DNA from: a virus
IMG/VR virus record: IMGVR_UViG_3300034072_001149
Location: 1 to 64,000 of that record
Strand: one strand, 5' to 3'
Length of the DNA: 64,000 nucleotides
How positions within the stretch are numbered: the stretch's first letter is position 1; each line of letters opens with the position of its first letter. Positions 1 to 9,779 of this stretch are shown here, piece after piece. Position numbers and translations under genes: made by a program. Below the pieces are notes generated by a model that was not told where the DNA came from, ran no database searches, and saw nothing but the letters and a program-made list of their open reading frames with translations.

Positions 1-2101
1 CGGCCGTTGGCTCTACACGATCAAGACCCTTTTCACGCTTCCAAGCAATGCGGTCATGGGCGTTACGCCATTTTGCTACGCGATCGCCTGCACCTTTACG
101 CATAATTCCCATGCGCTCAGCCTGATTAGCGTCATAAACTAGATCATCCAGTTCACTAGCCTTCTTTTCGTGATGGTCCTTGCTGGCGAGGGCCTTGGCT
201 GCATAGCGACCCTTGAGATCACCACTTAGTTCGTTGAGGGCATCATCCGACGAGAGTTCACCCTCACCAAAATCGCCACCCATATCAAAGCCTAGCTCTG
301 CACTGGTATCTTCACCATGATCTTCATCGTGGTGGTGACCATGGTAGCCAATGCCATAATAAACACCGCGACCAAACTGTGGAGTCTTGCGCTTTGCAGC
401 CGCTTCCTCGACATAATCACGGAAGCTCTTTGGGGCAACAGACTCTTCCTGATGGCGGTTGCCATGATCATTTGCTTGCTGTTCCAGCGAAGCAATGACG
501 CGCTTGTCCAGGCGGTCAACTAGGTCTTCACCAGTCAGCTTGTTTACAACTGCGGTGATTTCTAGGCTGCTACCCATGCTTGCGATTGGCATGTGATCCA
601 AACCAGTGTCAAAATCACCAGTATCCCAATCATAATAAACGGTTACTTCGACTTCACCGGCTGGGACAGTTTCGTCCTCGATCCAGGTATCGAACTCATC
701 ACTGCCACCGGACTTGTAAGGAGCCTCGGTGACTTTCTGAGATTCGTCGATATCCTCGAAGTCCATATCGTTTAGATAAACAATGGACTGGCCGTTCTTG
801 TGCTTTACCAGCCACACACCGTGGACCACTGGATCTGGGGTTGCGGTTGCGCCCTTCATGCTGTGGCTGCTCATGAACTTCATGAAGTCGATGGCACCCT
901 GTTCAGTATCAGCAAACTGGTCTCGCTTATCATCAAATGGACCTTCCTGTAACGGATTATCACCCGAACGAGCTGGAACCCTCTTAGTAGAAGGCTGGAC
1001 AATCTTCTTGTCAGCAACACCGGCATACTCAGTTGGGTGAACGTCATGTTCAACTTGCTCGTTCTTCGAGGACTTCAACACCAGCCAACCGGAGTTAGCG
1101 GTCGAAATGTTACCATACTGACCGGTCCATTCTCCAACCTTTTCGTGGTTTTTGTTAAACGCATCTCGTGAACCGTAACCATCAGATCCAAAAGTATAGC
1201 CTGCCTTCTTCGCCGCAGCCATCCACTGGTCAGCAGAATGGAAAGACATCTTTGAACCATCATCACTAATTGATGGCACCCCATATCCGTTTGAACCAAG
1301 GTCTTTGAGTAGATCTTTAACGGTCCAATTTGGCTTCTTCTTTGGATATTCACGATAGATATCTTCGGCATAATCCTGAAATTCTACCGCATCGTAATCG
1401 TCAGGGTTACCTTCTAGGGTTGCTACTGTTTTACCACATAGAATTGCGAAATCCCAAGCTGTTGACGGCCACTTGATTTTGCTATTTAGGTCAACTGATT
1501 CGCCTAGATCAGACTCATCAACAATGGCTAGGTTCCCGTCATTGTCGATAGATGCGTCAACAGCATCGCCTGGAGCCGGATCAATCATTTGATCATCCAT
1601 TCCCACATCCATATCATCAACGCCTGCTTCTAGATCACCAAGGGCCTGGAATTCTGGTTCCAGCATGTTCATGATTGCACGCAGGTTTGGTGCCTGGACC
1701 GTTGTCGTAATGCTGTTCTGATCATCAATGTTCTCACCGGCGGTCAGAGTTGCAGGACCATTAAACATTGCGCTCTTGATACCTGCGTTCTTGAGCAGGG
1801 TCACAAGGTCCATAGTGGAAGCAGCGTTAATGGTTGTGTTGGAGTTCATTTCACCTTCCGTGTTTGACACGTTCAGGCTAACAGCTTCATCAACTTTGGT
1901 CTCCTGTACCACCGGAACCCACCTAATCTCATATCGGTCACGATCGATTGATCGCAGGAACTTCGCGCCAAGACTACTCAATTCATTGTGTTTGTTGAAC
2001 GAAAATACCCTTTCGTTAGTCCATTCACCCTGAATATTACCATAGGATCCGTCAGGCTTGGGGATGCCGCGGTGTCGAGTTTGAAGCATCTTCTTGGTCA
2101 T
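1..2101 (-). CDS. Large acidic virion/head-associated protein (partial, runs off window start; missing from ORF track)
   Basis: My translation from ATG at 2101 (MTKKMLQTRHRG...) stays open to position 1. D/E-rich, with many xES/xEA motifs and an LNELSGDLKGRYAAKA module also seen in 39522..40976. Confidence 0.75.
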   Translation of the reverse strand, partial: MTKKMLQTRHRGIPKPDGSYGNIQGEWTNERVFSFNKHNELSSLGAKFLRSIDRDRYEIRWVPVVQETKVDEAVSLNVSNTEGEMNSNTTINAASTMDLVTLLKNAGIKSAMFNGPATLTAGENIDDQNSITTTVQAPNLRAIMNMLEPEFQALGDLEAGVDDMDVGMDDQMIDPAPGDAVDASIDNDGNLAIVDESDLGESVDLNSKIKWPSTAWDFAILCGKTVATLEGNPDDYDAVEFQDYAEDIYREYPKKKPNWTVKDLLKDLGSNGYGVPSISDDGSKMSFHSADQWMAAAKKAGYTFGSDGYGSRDAFNKNHEKVGEWTGQYGNISTANSGWLVLKSSKNEQVEHDVHPTEYAGVADKKIVQPSTKRVPARSGDNPLQEGPFDDKRDQFADTEQGAIDFMKFMSSHSMKGATATPDPVVHGVWLVKHKNGQSIVYLNDMDFEDIDESQKVTEAPYKSGGSDEFDTWIEDETVPAGEVEVTVYYDWDTGDFDTGLDHMPIASMGSSLEITAVVNKLTGEDLVDRLDKRVIASLEQQANDHGNRHQEESVAPKSFRDYVEEAAAKRKTPQFGRGVYYGIGYHGHHHDEDHGEDTSAELGFDMGGDFGEGELSSDDALNELSGDLKGRYAAKALASKDHHEKKASELDDLVYDANQAERMGIMRKGAGDRVAKWRNAHDRIAWKREKGLDRVEPTA

Positions 2102-2102
2102 G

Positions 2103-2810
2103 TTAGCCCTTCCTCTTGACGTTTTCGTCATAGTTGCCATGGTTGCCAGTTAGGTTTGGCTTTTCAGTTTTTCCACCGGCCTTCTTGGTATTGACATGGA
2201 CTGGCTTTACGGTGTCCATGTCCTTGTTGAAGTCGTCAGCGACGGTGGTATCTTTTTTGTTGAGCCAAGAGAACTTGTTGGTCTTCTTGATCTCTTCGAT
2301 CGCTTCTACCTTCTCAGCTTCAGCGTTTGACTTGATCTGAGCCAGATAGCCCAGGAACTTTTTGTTGTAGGAGTCACCGTAGGCAACTTCCTTGGGCTGG
2401 TCTTCAGCAGCATAGGTTGGATCATCAAGGATAGCCTTGTGCTCATCATCCTTGTGGATCTCTTCCAAAGCTTCTGCCTCGATCGCAACTGGCTCGTTCT
2501 CACCTCGAACAACAATCATGCTATCTGCGACCTGGAGTGCCGAACGCAATTCAACGGCCAAAACATAGCTGGATGCTGGAACGGCGGTCTTGATGTCTAG
2601 AACCCAAATTTCAGCCATATGGAAATCTTTGAAATCCAGAGGCGCCTTTTGAGCCATTAGCTTCTTTGGTGTAGAAACACTCTGGATGTCATATTTGAAA
2701 AGAGCCTTCTTTAGAGTCTCAACGAAGTGAGCGTCCATGGGAACAACCGACTTGACGCGATACCCAAAGCTCTTGGCAGATTCTGCCAAATAGTGGTAAA
2801 ATGATTTCAT
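2103..2810 (-). CDS. Conserved late phage protein
   Basis: 235 aa ORF with GAGGGA RBS and a TAAATA late promoter just upstream (~2838). Confidence 0.7.
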   Translation of the reverse strand: MKSFYHYLAESAKSFGYRVKSVVPMDAHFVETLKKALFKYDIQSVSTPKKLMAQKAPLDFKDFHMAEIWVLDIKTAVPASSYVLAVELRSALQVADSMIVVRGENEPVAIEAEALEEIHKDDEHKAILDDPTYAAEDQPKEVAYGDSYNKKFLGYLAQIKSNAEAEKVEAIEEIKKTNKFSWLNKKDTTVADDFNKDMDTVKPVHVNTKKAGGKTEKPNLTGNHGNYDENVKRKG

Positions 2811-2853
2811 GACGTCCCTCTCACTTGGAGTTTCGCCTATTTAGCGGAAATCT

Positions 2854-3360
2854 TTAGATCTCGCCGTTGCGGATCTTAGCCATGAGATCATTGCGATTGA
2901 CAGTGATGCTCGTGCCGTTATCTACGAACTCACCATCTTCGATGCCTTCATTCATATCACGCTTGTGCTTGTCTTGTTCCATTATCAAACGTATTTCTTC
3001 CATACGTCGTTCTGATTTGGAGCGCGAAGCTTTTAACGCAATCTCCAGAGCCTTGAGCGCCGGAGTAAAGGCATTAGGGCCAGCGTTCTTTGGTTCAATA
3101 TTGAAACCAAGATCCATGAGGTCTTTGTGGGCGCGCATAGCCACATCATAGATTTCGTCAGCTTCAGTCGTATGCTCTTTTACGCCTGCGGGGTCAGATG
3201 CCGCTGATATAGCCAATGGGCTCGCATTGGCTAGCACGTCAGCCATCTTTGATACCTCAGCATTCACAGCAGGGACTTCTTGAGATTGACTCTCTGCGGC
3301 CTCTTTTAGAGCATCTTCCAAGCGGGGGAGATTGAGTTCGTCTTCTAGGGCTTTAGTCAT
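2854..3360 (-). CDS. Helical late protein, possible terminase small subunit
   Basis: 168 aa, helical, in a late cluster. The function guess rests on size and context only. Confidence 0.4.
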   Translation of the reverse strand: MTKALEDELNLPRLEDALKEAAESQSQEVPAVNAEVSKMADVLANASPLAISAASDPAGVKEHTTEADEIYDVAMRAHKDLMDLGFNIEPKNAGPNAFTPALKALEIALKASRSKSERRMEEIRLIMEQDKHKRDMNEGIEDGEFVDNGTSITVNRNDLMAKIRNGEI

Positions 3361-3788
3361 TTGTCTTCATTCCTAGGTAGCTCAAATTCAATAATAGGAG
3401 CATTGGGCTTTAGTTTCCTGAATTGTGATGCTTCTCTGAGGCTCTGCTTGCCGCCACCTACACGAACCAACGCATCAATATATGTGAGAAACGTATCGCT
3501 TTCGTCTCCCCAATCCTTTCCAACAATGATCGTATCATCTACTGGAAAGCAAGGATAATCAGAGGCCTTGGCGCAGGCTATTCCTACGGTGGTCATTTGG
3601 CCACCTTGAGGATCAACCGCAATCTGGTAGGCAAGACTTGGTATCCCTTGATCTGTTAGACCGGATACGATGTGGGTAACCATTTTCCCACTGGAAGATT
3701 CAACATGATAGATGCCAAGGATGATGAGACGCTTTGCTTCCGCTTCGTCAAAAGTTCCTTCGCTATAACCAACAACACCAAGTTTCAT
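3357..3788 (-). CDS. SLOG-superfamily (YspA/DprA-like) nucleotide-binding protein
   Basis: KLGVVGYS, IVSGLTDQG, GDES and VRVGGGKQS motifs follow the SLOG Rossmannoid pattern. Confidence 0.5.
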   Translation of the reverse strand: MKLGVVGYSEGTFDEAEAKRLIILGIYHVESSSGKMVTHIVSGLTDQGIPSLAYQIAVDPQGGQMTTVGIACAKASDYPCFPVDDTIIVGKDWGDESDTFLTYIDALVRVGGGKQSLREASQFRKLKPNAPIIEFELPRNEDK

Positions 3789-3810
3789 AAATACACCTCT
3801 GTGTATTTAC

Positions 3811-4245
3811 TTACCTTTGACCAGCCTGGCGATAGAGTTGCTTTTCTGTCATGATACGAAACTTTATTCCGTTGGCTTTACACCAATTGTAGGCAGCTTC
3901 CCACTTGGCTTCATTCAACGTGATAGCGTCGATATCCTTTTGGGTTCTAGCAGCTTCTGGAATGCTTTGACTCAGAGGTTTGATTTCGATGATCTCAGCA
4001 TGTTTTCCACCATCTTTATCAGTGTAGAGAATAAAGAAATCAGGAATGTAGTTTCGGATCTTTCCAGTAAATGGATCTTGATACTGGATCTTCAGAGACT
4101 CGCTTGCCCATTGCTCAACATAAGGATGTTGGTCGCAAAGGTTCATAAAGGTCAATTCCCAAGCAGATCGGTATGTAATGGGCAAAGTTCCCACATACTT
4201 TTCTGGGTTCTTGGGTTCAAAAGTCCCTTGGTTATAAAATGCCAT
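3811..4245 (-). CDS. gp4: Head completion nuclease (T4 gp4-like, TnsA fold)
   Basis: PKNPEKYVG, YRSAWE, WASE, YIPDF, IEIKP and NEAKWEAA motifs. Confidence 0.9.
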   Translation of the reverse strand: MAFYNQGTFEPKNPEKYVGTLPITYRSAWELTFMNLCDQHPYVEQWASESLKIQYQDPFTGKIRNYIPDFFILYTDKDGGKHAEIIEIKPLSQSIPEAARTQKDIDAITLNEAKWEAAYNWCKANGIKFRIMTEKQLYRQAGQR

Positions 4246-5309
4246 TAGAAAAGCTTTCCTGGTCTACCAAACAACGCGCCTTTGAGAAGTCCTTGGACAC
4301 CTTGTCTAGCTGCTCCGGTATTACCAGAGACAATGTTTTTCAAACTTGATGCGGCTGTCTTACCAATGGCGAGCCCGCGATTGGCATCATAGGATCCTGC
4401 GATTTCGCTGATGATTCGCCCAGGACTACCAAAACCCTGTCCCGTTATACCACTCAATAGATTTCGCTGTAAAGTGGCTCCGATAGTGTCATCTAGATCT
4501 CGAGTAATGGCATTTGCTGTTGTGGCCAGACCTGGAGTAATATCTAGGTTTGGTAGATCGTTTGGAACGTCCCAGAACTGACCAAAATCAAGACCAGCGT
4601 CTTCAGCAATTTCCGCTGTGATGGGCTCTGGGTCAGCATACACTATACCCTCGAACTCAATAGACATCTGGATTTCGTTTGTTACCACACCAGCACTATA
4701 GTCAAAATCGTCAGGATTGAAGCTGGAGATCTTTGGGTTAATTAGATCAAATCTCTCCATTACACCATTATAGAACTGATAGACTGATATGTGGCTAAAG
4801 AAATAGGCATAGTTTTGTTCCACCATAGGAGGTAGAAATCCCCAACGACCCAATTCAAAAGCTTCACCAGTCACGATGTCATATACAGTTGATCCACTTG
4901 AACCAGTTCCATATATCTTGCTATCACCATAGTAATATTGGTAATACTCAACGAACATATTTCGCAGATCCTGCGAAATAGTGTCGTGGAATCGAACCTG
5001 GAAAGGTTCAAAATCATGCCCCGTTTGGACAATACGCTTGCGGTTATACTGGTTCAGAGTTTCTTGACGAAACGTGATTTTGGGTCTGTCAATGTTTTTG
5101 ACAACGAGACCAATACCTCGTTCCCAACCACTGCCGCCTGCCGACTCTGGACGATAAAATTTCATCCAGAATAGGAACTTGTTCTTGGGAACATTGGCAA
5201 ATCTAGTGCCAGCCAGCCCAAAGTTATTTGAAGCGTGATGGCTGTCCCCCATCATGAGGGACAGCCCATTAGGATCAGAAGTCCTTCCGCCTCTTGAGGT
5301 TTCAGTCAC
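4245..5309 (-). CDS. Tail tube-fold protein (tube initiator/second tube paralog)
   Basis: PKNKFLF...VKNIDRPK...NQYNRKR...FHD...DFDYS pattern parallels the tube protein directly upstream. Confidence 0.7.
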   Translation of the reverse strand: MTETSRGGRTSDPNGLSLMMGDSHHASNNFGLAGTRFANVPKNKFLFWMKFYRPESAGGSGWERGIGLVVKNIDRPKITFRQETLNQYNRKRIVQTGHDFEPFQVRFHDTISQDLRNMFVEYYQYYYGDSKIYGTGSSGSTVYDIVTGEAFELGRWGFLPPMVEQNYAYFFSHISVYQFYNGVMERFDLINPKISSFNPDDFDYSAGVVTNEIQMSIEFEGIVYADPEPITAEIAEDAGLDFGQFWDVPNDLPNLDITPGLATTANAITRDLDDTIGATLQRNLLSGITGQGFGSPGRIISEIAGSYDANRGLAIGKTAASSLKNIVSGNTGAARQGVQGLLKGALFGRPGKLF

Positions 5310-5319
5310 TGGCTAGACC

Positions 5320-6159
5320 TTATAGTCGGTTGCCAGGGATCTGCTCAGGTAGCGCAGTCATCAGACCGTTAGCCTGTGTTGCGTTGTCGAAACGAACAGT
5401 CAGCGTGATTGTCTGGAAACCGGATTCTGCATAATCCAGATCCATGTAATCAACGTTCTCTAGGAAGCAACCTTCAAGAGTCCATGTTTCAACCACAGTG
5501 TCGTTGCCGCCATCCATGGTTTCAATAATGGTCACAAACTTGTAGTTAATACCCGAAGCAAACGCAGTCTGTTCAAAGTGGTTCAGCTGCTTCTGAACCT
5601 GATGACCTACTAGCTTTGCCACGTTGTTGGTCAAGTCATCCTTTAGTGTAATCTGGATGCTGTCCCACTTGTGCTTACCAGCATAGTAGGCGGTTGAGTT
5701 GTAGCTGTGGACTTCGATTGGATCATGATTGATCTTTGGCTTGGTAACTGTGGCAACCTGCTGGGTGAAATCAAGACCACCAGCGATTGGACCAAAGTTG
5801 ACCACGCGAACGCGGAAGCGATACTTGTACTTGAGCTGGAGAAGACCGCCACGGCCTGCCCCGCCACCGAGTGGAACCATTAACATTCAGCCAGTGTCGT
5901 TAATACTGACCCGCCTTACGGCTGCTCATTGTTACCAATGAGATTAGACTATATCATGACCCACTTAGGGGCCCCACCCGTTTCAGCCCACTTGGGCCTA
6001 CGACCTTTCGGTCTAGTCGTTGAACGTTCCGGTTCATAACACCGGCTTCGCTGCTGATTGTCCCTGAGGGATTTCCCAGCAATTAGAGTGGTTTTTCGAC
6101 TAGGATTACTCCTAGAAGCAGCTATTCCATTAACCGAACTTGCTTAGAGTTTCTGCCAT
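5320..6159 (-). CDS. Tail tube protein (T4 gp19-like), spliced: join(6159..6133, 5877..5320)
   Basis: GGAGGTG RBS plus ATG at 6159 gives MAETLSKFG. Joining to GTT at 5877 gives MAETLSKFG|VPLGGGAGRGGLLQLKYKYRFRV (194 aa), with tube motifs YAGKHKW, WTLEGCF and LDY. Confidence 0.88.
5878..6132 (-). mobile_element. Group I self-splicing intron (IA-like, no ORF), 255 nt
   Basis: Exon ends in U and intron ends in G. P (AAUUGCUGGGAAA), Q (AAUCAGCAG), R (GUUCAACGACUAG) and S (GAUAUAGUCU) are present. P7 is GACUA/UAGUC, P7.1 and P7.2 hairpins are present, and P10 is UGGAAU pairing with exon-2 GUUCCA. Confidence 0.93.
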
Positions 6160-6256
6160 GATTTTATCACCTCCTAGGTAACGATCTATTTTGATTATTT
6201 ATCGTTACAGGTTGTAAATAGATGTGAGTAGAAACTTTTAGAAGATTTGGGGTCCA

Positions 6257-7057
6257 ATGTTTTATGTCTATGTTTTGTGTGATCCAAGAAGAGCTGATAA
6301 ACCCTTCTATGTTGGCAAGGGATCGCGAGACAGATGTAGGTATCATTTGAATGAGACCTACCAAAATACAAGCAATCGGCGCAAATGGTGTAAAATCGCA
6401 GCCATCAAAAAATCTGGTCTCGAAGTTACCATTAAAAAGATCAAAGAAGATTTATCAGAGACTGATGCCTATGAATTGGAAGAACTTCTAATCAAAAAAT
6501 ATGGCCGTATTGGATATGACCCAGGTGGCATACTAACTAATATCTGCGAATCTTCGCGCCCACCCTCTGCCAAAGGCAGGATTATATCAGAGAACACTCG
6601 TAAGAAGCATAGCGAGCGACAACTGGGGCCTTTGAATCATCGTTACGGAGTTAAGATGTCAGAGGAGGATAAAGAACACAGACGTCAATTCAATCTAAAA
6701 CATGGCATTAGACCGCCGGACCGAACCGGTATTCCTCACAAGGAAGAAACAAAAGCCAAGATGAGTTTAGCCAGCAAGGGAAGAAAAAAGAGTCCAGAAC
6801 ATTGTAAAGCTATTGGAGACGCACGACGAGGTAAGCCTCTAGGGCCTTGCCCTTCCGAACGAGCCAAAAAGATTGCTGAAGCTCAATATCGTCACTATGA
6901 ATTGACTAGTCCAGAAGGAAAAGTGTATCAAGTCAATACAGGACGTCTAAAGGAAATGATCAAGACGTTTGGCTGGTCATATGGCTCACTTATGGCTGCT
7001 AAGAAAGCTGGTAGAAATTACCAAGGTTGGAGTATTATAGATTTAGGTAGAGTCTAG
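6257..7057 (+). CDS. Free-standing GIY-YIG (LEM-3-like) homing endonuclease with NUMOD3 repeats
   Basis: FYVYVL...PFYVGKG...R...E...GILTN, followed by H(S/K)EETKAKMS-type repeats. Confidence 0.88.
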   Translation: MFYVYVLCDPRRADKPFYVGKGSRDRCRYHLNETYQNTSNRRKWCKIAAIKKSGLEVTIKKIKEDLSETDAYELEELLIKKYGRIGYDPGGILTNICESSRPPSAKGRIISENTRKKHSERQLGPLNHRYGVKMSEEDKEHRRQFNLKHGIRPPDRTGIPHKEETKAKMSLASKGRKKSPEHCKAIGDARRGKPLGPCPSERAKKIAEAQYRHYELTSPEGKVYQVNTGRLKEMIKTFGWSYGSLMAAKKAGRNYQGWSIIDLGRV

Positions 7058-7058
7058 A

Positions 7059-7970
7059 TCAGAACTCTTCTACAGCTAAGATTTCAGCCTTTGTAGTCAA
7101 ATACTCCCACAATGGGTCATCTGTTGGTTCCCCTGACCAGTATTTTTCGGCAGCTTGTTTGATACGAGTATCATCGTAATCCAAGCCGTCATCTACCATA
7201 GACGCGATCCTGCTAGACCAGTTCATGTCATGCTTGGATACAGAGCCAAGAGCTTTGAGTGTAAAAACATATTCAGTTGAACCGCCGGCTGAATCTAAGT
7301 CATCTTCATTACCGACCATGAATACTGCGTCTCTATGTGAAAGCTTGTTGGCAGGTCTATAGCGTTCTAGAACTTCAAAGAACGGAACATAGCCCCAGTC
7401 ACGATCGTAATCGCTTCCACGACCGGTTAGAATCGTTCCTACGTCTAACTCATTGGCGCTGGAGTGATAGAAAATATTTGATGACTCGGTCAACTCAGTA
7501 TTTTCATTGTCAGTCTGTTTCCCTTTAAAAAAGCGAAGAAAGACCCCAACTGATATATTCCAATCAGTATCATTGCCTATCAAGGTATCCAATTTGACTT
7601 CAGAGCTTGGATACCTCAGCAATAATGGATCGTCATCATCATATTCATCAAAAATCCAATCGGCAATATGATTTGTATCTATCGATCCATCACCGTCATA
7701 TATTTTTCCATCAATCGAAACAGCACAATGATATATTCTTGGCTCTGAGGCGATCAAATCAGTGATCGCCACATCTTCCATATCCTCAAAATCATTCTGA
7801 CAGAATATCAGAATATAACATGGTTGATTGATGTATTCCGCCAAGGCCAAGGCAAAGGTTCCGCAATTTCCTCCATAAAGAGAATCCTGTCCAAAATAAT
7901 CAGATGCTTTCTTGATTAAATTGAGAACATTTTTCTTTCCAGAAGATTCTATGATTTCTGACCATCTCAT
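7059..7970 (-). CDS. Two-domain putative head-packaged protein (Cys-His-Asp domain plus ADP-ribosyltransferase-like domain)
   Basis: MRWSEIIES start; GNCGTFALAL..HCAV..YDGDG; LTES linker; FYHSS..LDVGTIL resembles the Arr-type ART start; TAAATA promoter upstream. Confidence 0.45.
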   Translation of the reverse strand: MRWSEIIESSGKKNVLNLIKKASDYFGQDSLYGGNCGTFALALAEYINQPCYILIFCQNDFEDMEDVAITDLIASEPRIYHCAVSIDGKIYDGDGSIDTNHIADWIFDEYDDDDPLLLRYPSSEVKLDTLIGNDTDWNISVGVFLRFFKGKQTDNENTELTESSNIFYHSSANELDVGTILTGRGSDYDRDWGYVPFFEVLERYRPANKLSHRDAVFMVGNEDDLDSAGGSTEYVFTLKALGSVSKHDMNWSSRIASMVDDGLDYDDTRIKQAAEKYWSGEPTDDPLWEYLTTKAEILAVEEF

Positions 7971-7987
7971 GACCTATTTAGTCATGG

Positions 7988-8018
7988 AAATGGTCCCAGT
8001 TAATACTGGGGCCATTTT
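7988..8018. terminator. Intrinsic terminator after Ro60
   Basis: aaatggtcccagt-taat-actggggccatttt hairpin. Confidence 0.75.
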
Positions 8019-8026
8019 CTTTATGC

Positions 8027-9760
8027 TTACTTGCTGAAGAAGTCCGACATGATCTGCGGAGCCGCAGTGTCGAAACCAACCACATCCAACATACCAGCAT
8101 CCTTGGGGTCCGCAATGGTAAAGTTGGTAGCAGTCATACCTACCACAACAGACTTAGCAGCGATGCTAGTCTTCTGTCGGTAAGTCTTCAGAGCCTGAGA
8201 AGGGGCCTGACGACCAGCGTAGGTCTCGTTGTCCGTGTAGACAGCGAAGTTCTCCACTGGCAGCTTGTTATCAAGCGCCCACTCAAAGGGTAGCGAGCAG
8301 TCCGTGTTACCAAACGGCAAGTTCGAGACCGTGTTGATCACATCATCCAGTCGCTGACGCGGACTGATCTTCAGGATCGAAACCGGGCCTGCCTTCGTGA
8401 CGTTGGGATTCATACGACCACCGGACCAACCATAGCCCGACGACCCACCGGTAAAGCCAATGAACTCATAAGAGTTCTCAACATTAGCAGTGATCAGCGC
8501 CATAGCCGCCGAAGCGTCACGAGCCGTCAGACCCGGAATATTGCCAATAGCCGCAGCACCCATGGACCCCGACACGTCAAGAGCTAGCAGCGTATTCTTG
8601 CCGGTCGGGGCCACGTTACCAAACGAAGCGTAAAACGCCTGGTCCAGCGAGTCCACGACGCCGCGAACGACGTTCCAGGACAGGTTACCCTTGAAGCCAC
8701 GACCCTGACCATAGGTCTTCATCGCAGCAAGGATTGCGATCGGGTGAACACGAGCCTTGCGGAGAGTATCACCGTCAGAAAGCTTGGCCTTGACCAACTT
8801 CTCGGCAGCAGACATCGGCGTCAGAAGTCCAACGTTCGACATCTTGCCCAGGTTGCGGATCATGGCAGTCAGCGGCATATTGGTCAGCAGAGCCTCCCAA
8901 ACCTGCGCATCATTGAGGAACTGAGTGGGAATCGCCTCACGGGGAAGGTCGTGATCCACAATCAGCTGGATGATCTCCTTGGCAGAAGTTGCCTTCTTTG
9001 CTGCCTCGAATGCTAGGATCTGAGGATGTAGATGCGAAGAGGCATCCTGGCGAGTCAGACGAACCTCTCCCTCAAGAACTGCAGAACCACGAACATAATC
9101 CTTGGCACCAACGTTCTCAAGACCACCGACCATCCAGCGCAGAACTGCGTCACGCGCAACATCGTCCGTCTTGGGGTGACCAAGACGAAGCATGTCACGA
9201 TGCGACCATCCATCGCGCTGCTGATACTTGATTGCCTGGTTGGCCAGACGGTCCAGCGGCATCTCAAGATACCAATTACCTACCGCACGACGCAGAGCTC
9301 GACCCCAGCCACGGACGCCATCCACGAAGGCAGCGAAGTGGAACAGATGGGTGCCGATACGAGCAACCTTGGGCAAAGCAGCCAGCGCCGCCTTACGAGT
9401 TGCCTCACTATCAGCAGCCGATGCCAGTGCCAGCACAAAAAGCGCAGGATCGTTCTTGGGAGCGCGACCAGCGTCGCTGATTTCAACAACGCGATTAACA
9501 ACGCGAATACCATCCTCGGCGATCAGACGCAAAACGTTCTGAGCATTGGCCTTGGTTAGCTCGCGCTCACCTACATAATAGGTTCCACCCTCGGTTCCTA
9601 GAATCAGGAACCGATCAAGCTGATCCCAAGGGGAAACCACGAAGGTAAACCCGCCTGCGCTGTTCTTGGCCATTTCGGCCTCACGACCCGGAATGGGCTG
9701 GGTCTGTGGAGTCTGCTTGGACGTGATAGCACCCATCAGGGCGTTCTTGGAATTGCTCAT
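8027..9760 (-). CDS. rsr: Ro60/TROVE RNA-binding protein with vWA domain
   Basis: NSAGGFTF, LDRFLILGTEGGTYY, KYQQRDGWSHRD, MPLTAMIRNLGKM, RVHP, MIDAS motif DVSGS, YTDNET and DVVGFD. Start reassigned to ATG 9760 (GGAG RBS). Confidence 0.96.
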   Translation of the reverse strand: MSNSKNALMGAITSKQTPQTQPIPGREAEMAKNSAGGFTFVVSPWDQLDRFLILGTEGGTYYVGERELTKANAQNVLRLIAEDGIRVVNRVVEISDAGRAPKNDPALFVLALASAADSEATRKAALAALPKVARIGTHLFHFAAFVDGVRGWGRALRRAVGNWYLEMPLDRLANQAIKYQQRDGWSHRDMLRLGHPKTDDVARDAVLRWMVGGLENVGAKDYVRGSAVLEGEVRLTRQDASSHLHPQILAFEAAKKATSAKEIIQLIVDHDLPREAIPTQFLNDAQVWEALLTNMPLTAMIRNLGKMSNVGLLTPMSAAEKLVKAKLSDGDTLRKARVHPIAILAAMKTYGQGRGFKGNLSWNVVRGVVDSLDQAFYASFGNVAPTGKNTLLALDVSGSMGAAAIGNIPGLTARDASAAMALITANVENSYEFIGFTGGSSGYGWSGGRMNPNVTKAGPVSILKISPRQRLDDVINTVSNLPFGNTDCSLPFEWALDNKLPVENFAVYTDNETYAGRQAPSQALKTYRQKTSIAAKSVVVGMTATNFTIADPKDAGMLDVVGFDTAAPQIMSDFFSK

Positions 9761-9779
9761 GATCTTTACTCCTTTTTTC

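Noticed and set aside
5320-5886. Tube gene starting at MLMVPL as in the ORF track
   Set aside because: Those ATGs lie inside the intron 3' end with no RBS. The true RBS and start are at 6159.
8744-9559. Multiple overlapping ORFs within Ro60 (similar cases within nadE, the OMP, the capsid and the scaffold genes)
   Set aside because: These are shadow frames caused by GC-rich, biased codon usage.
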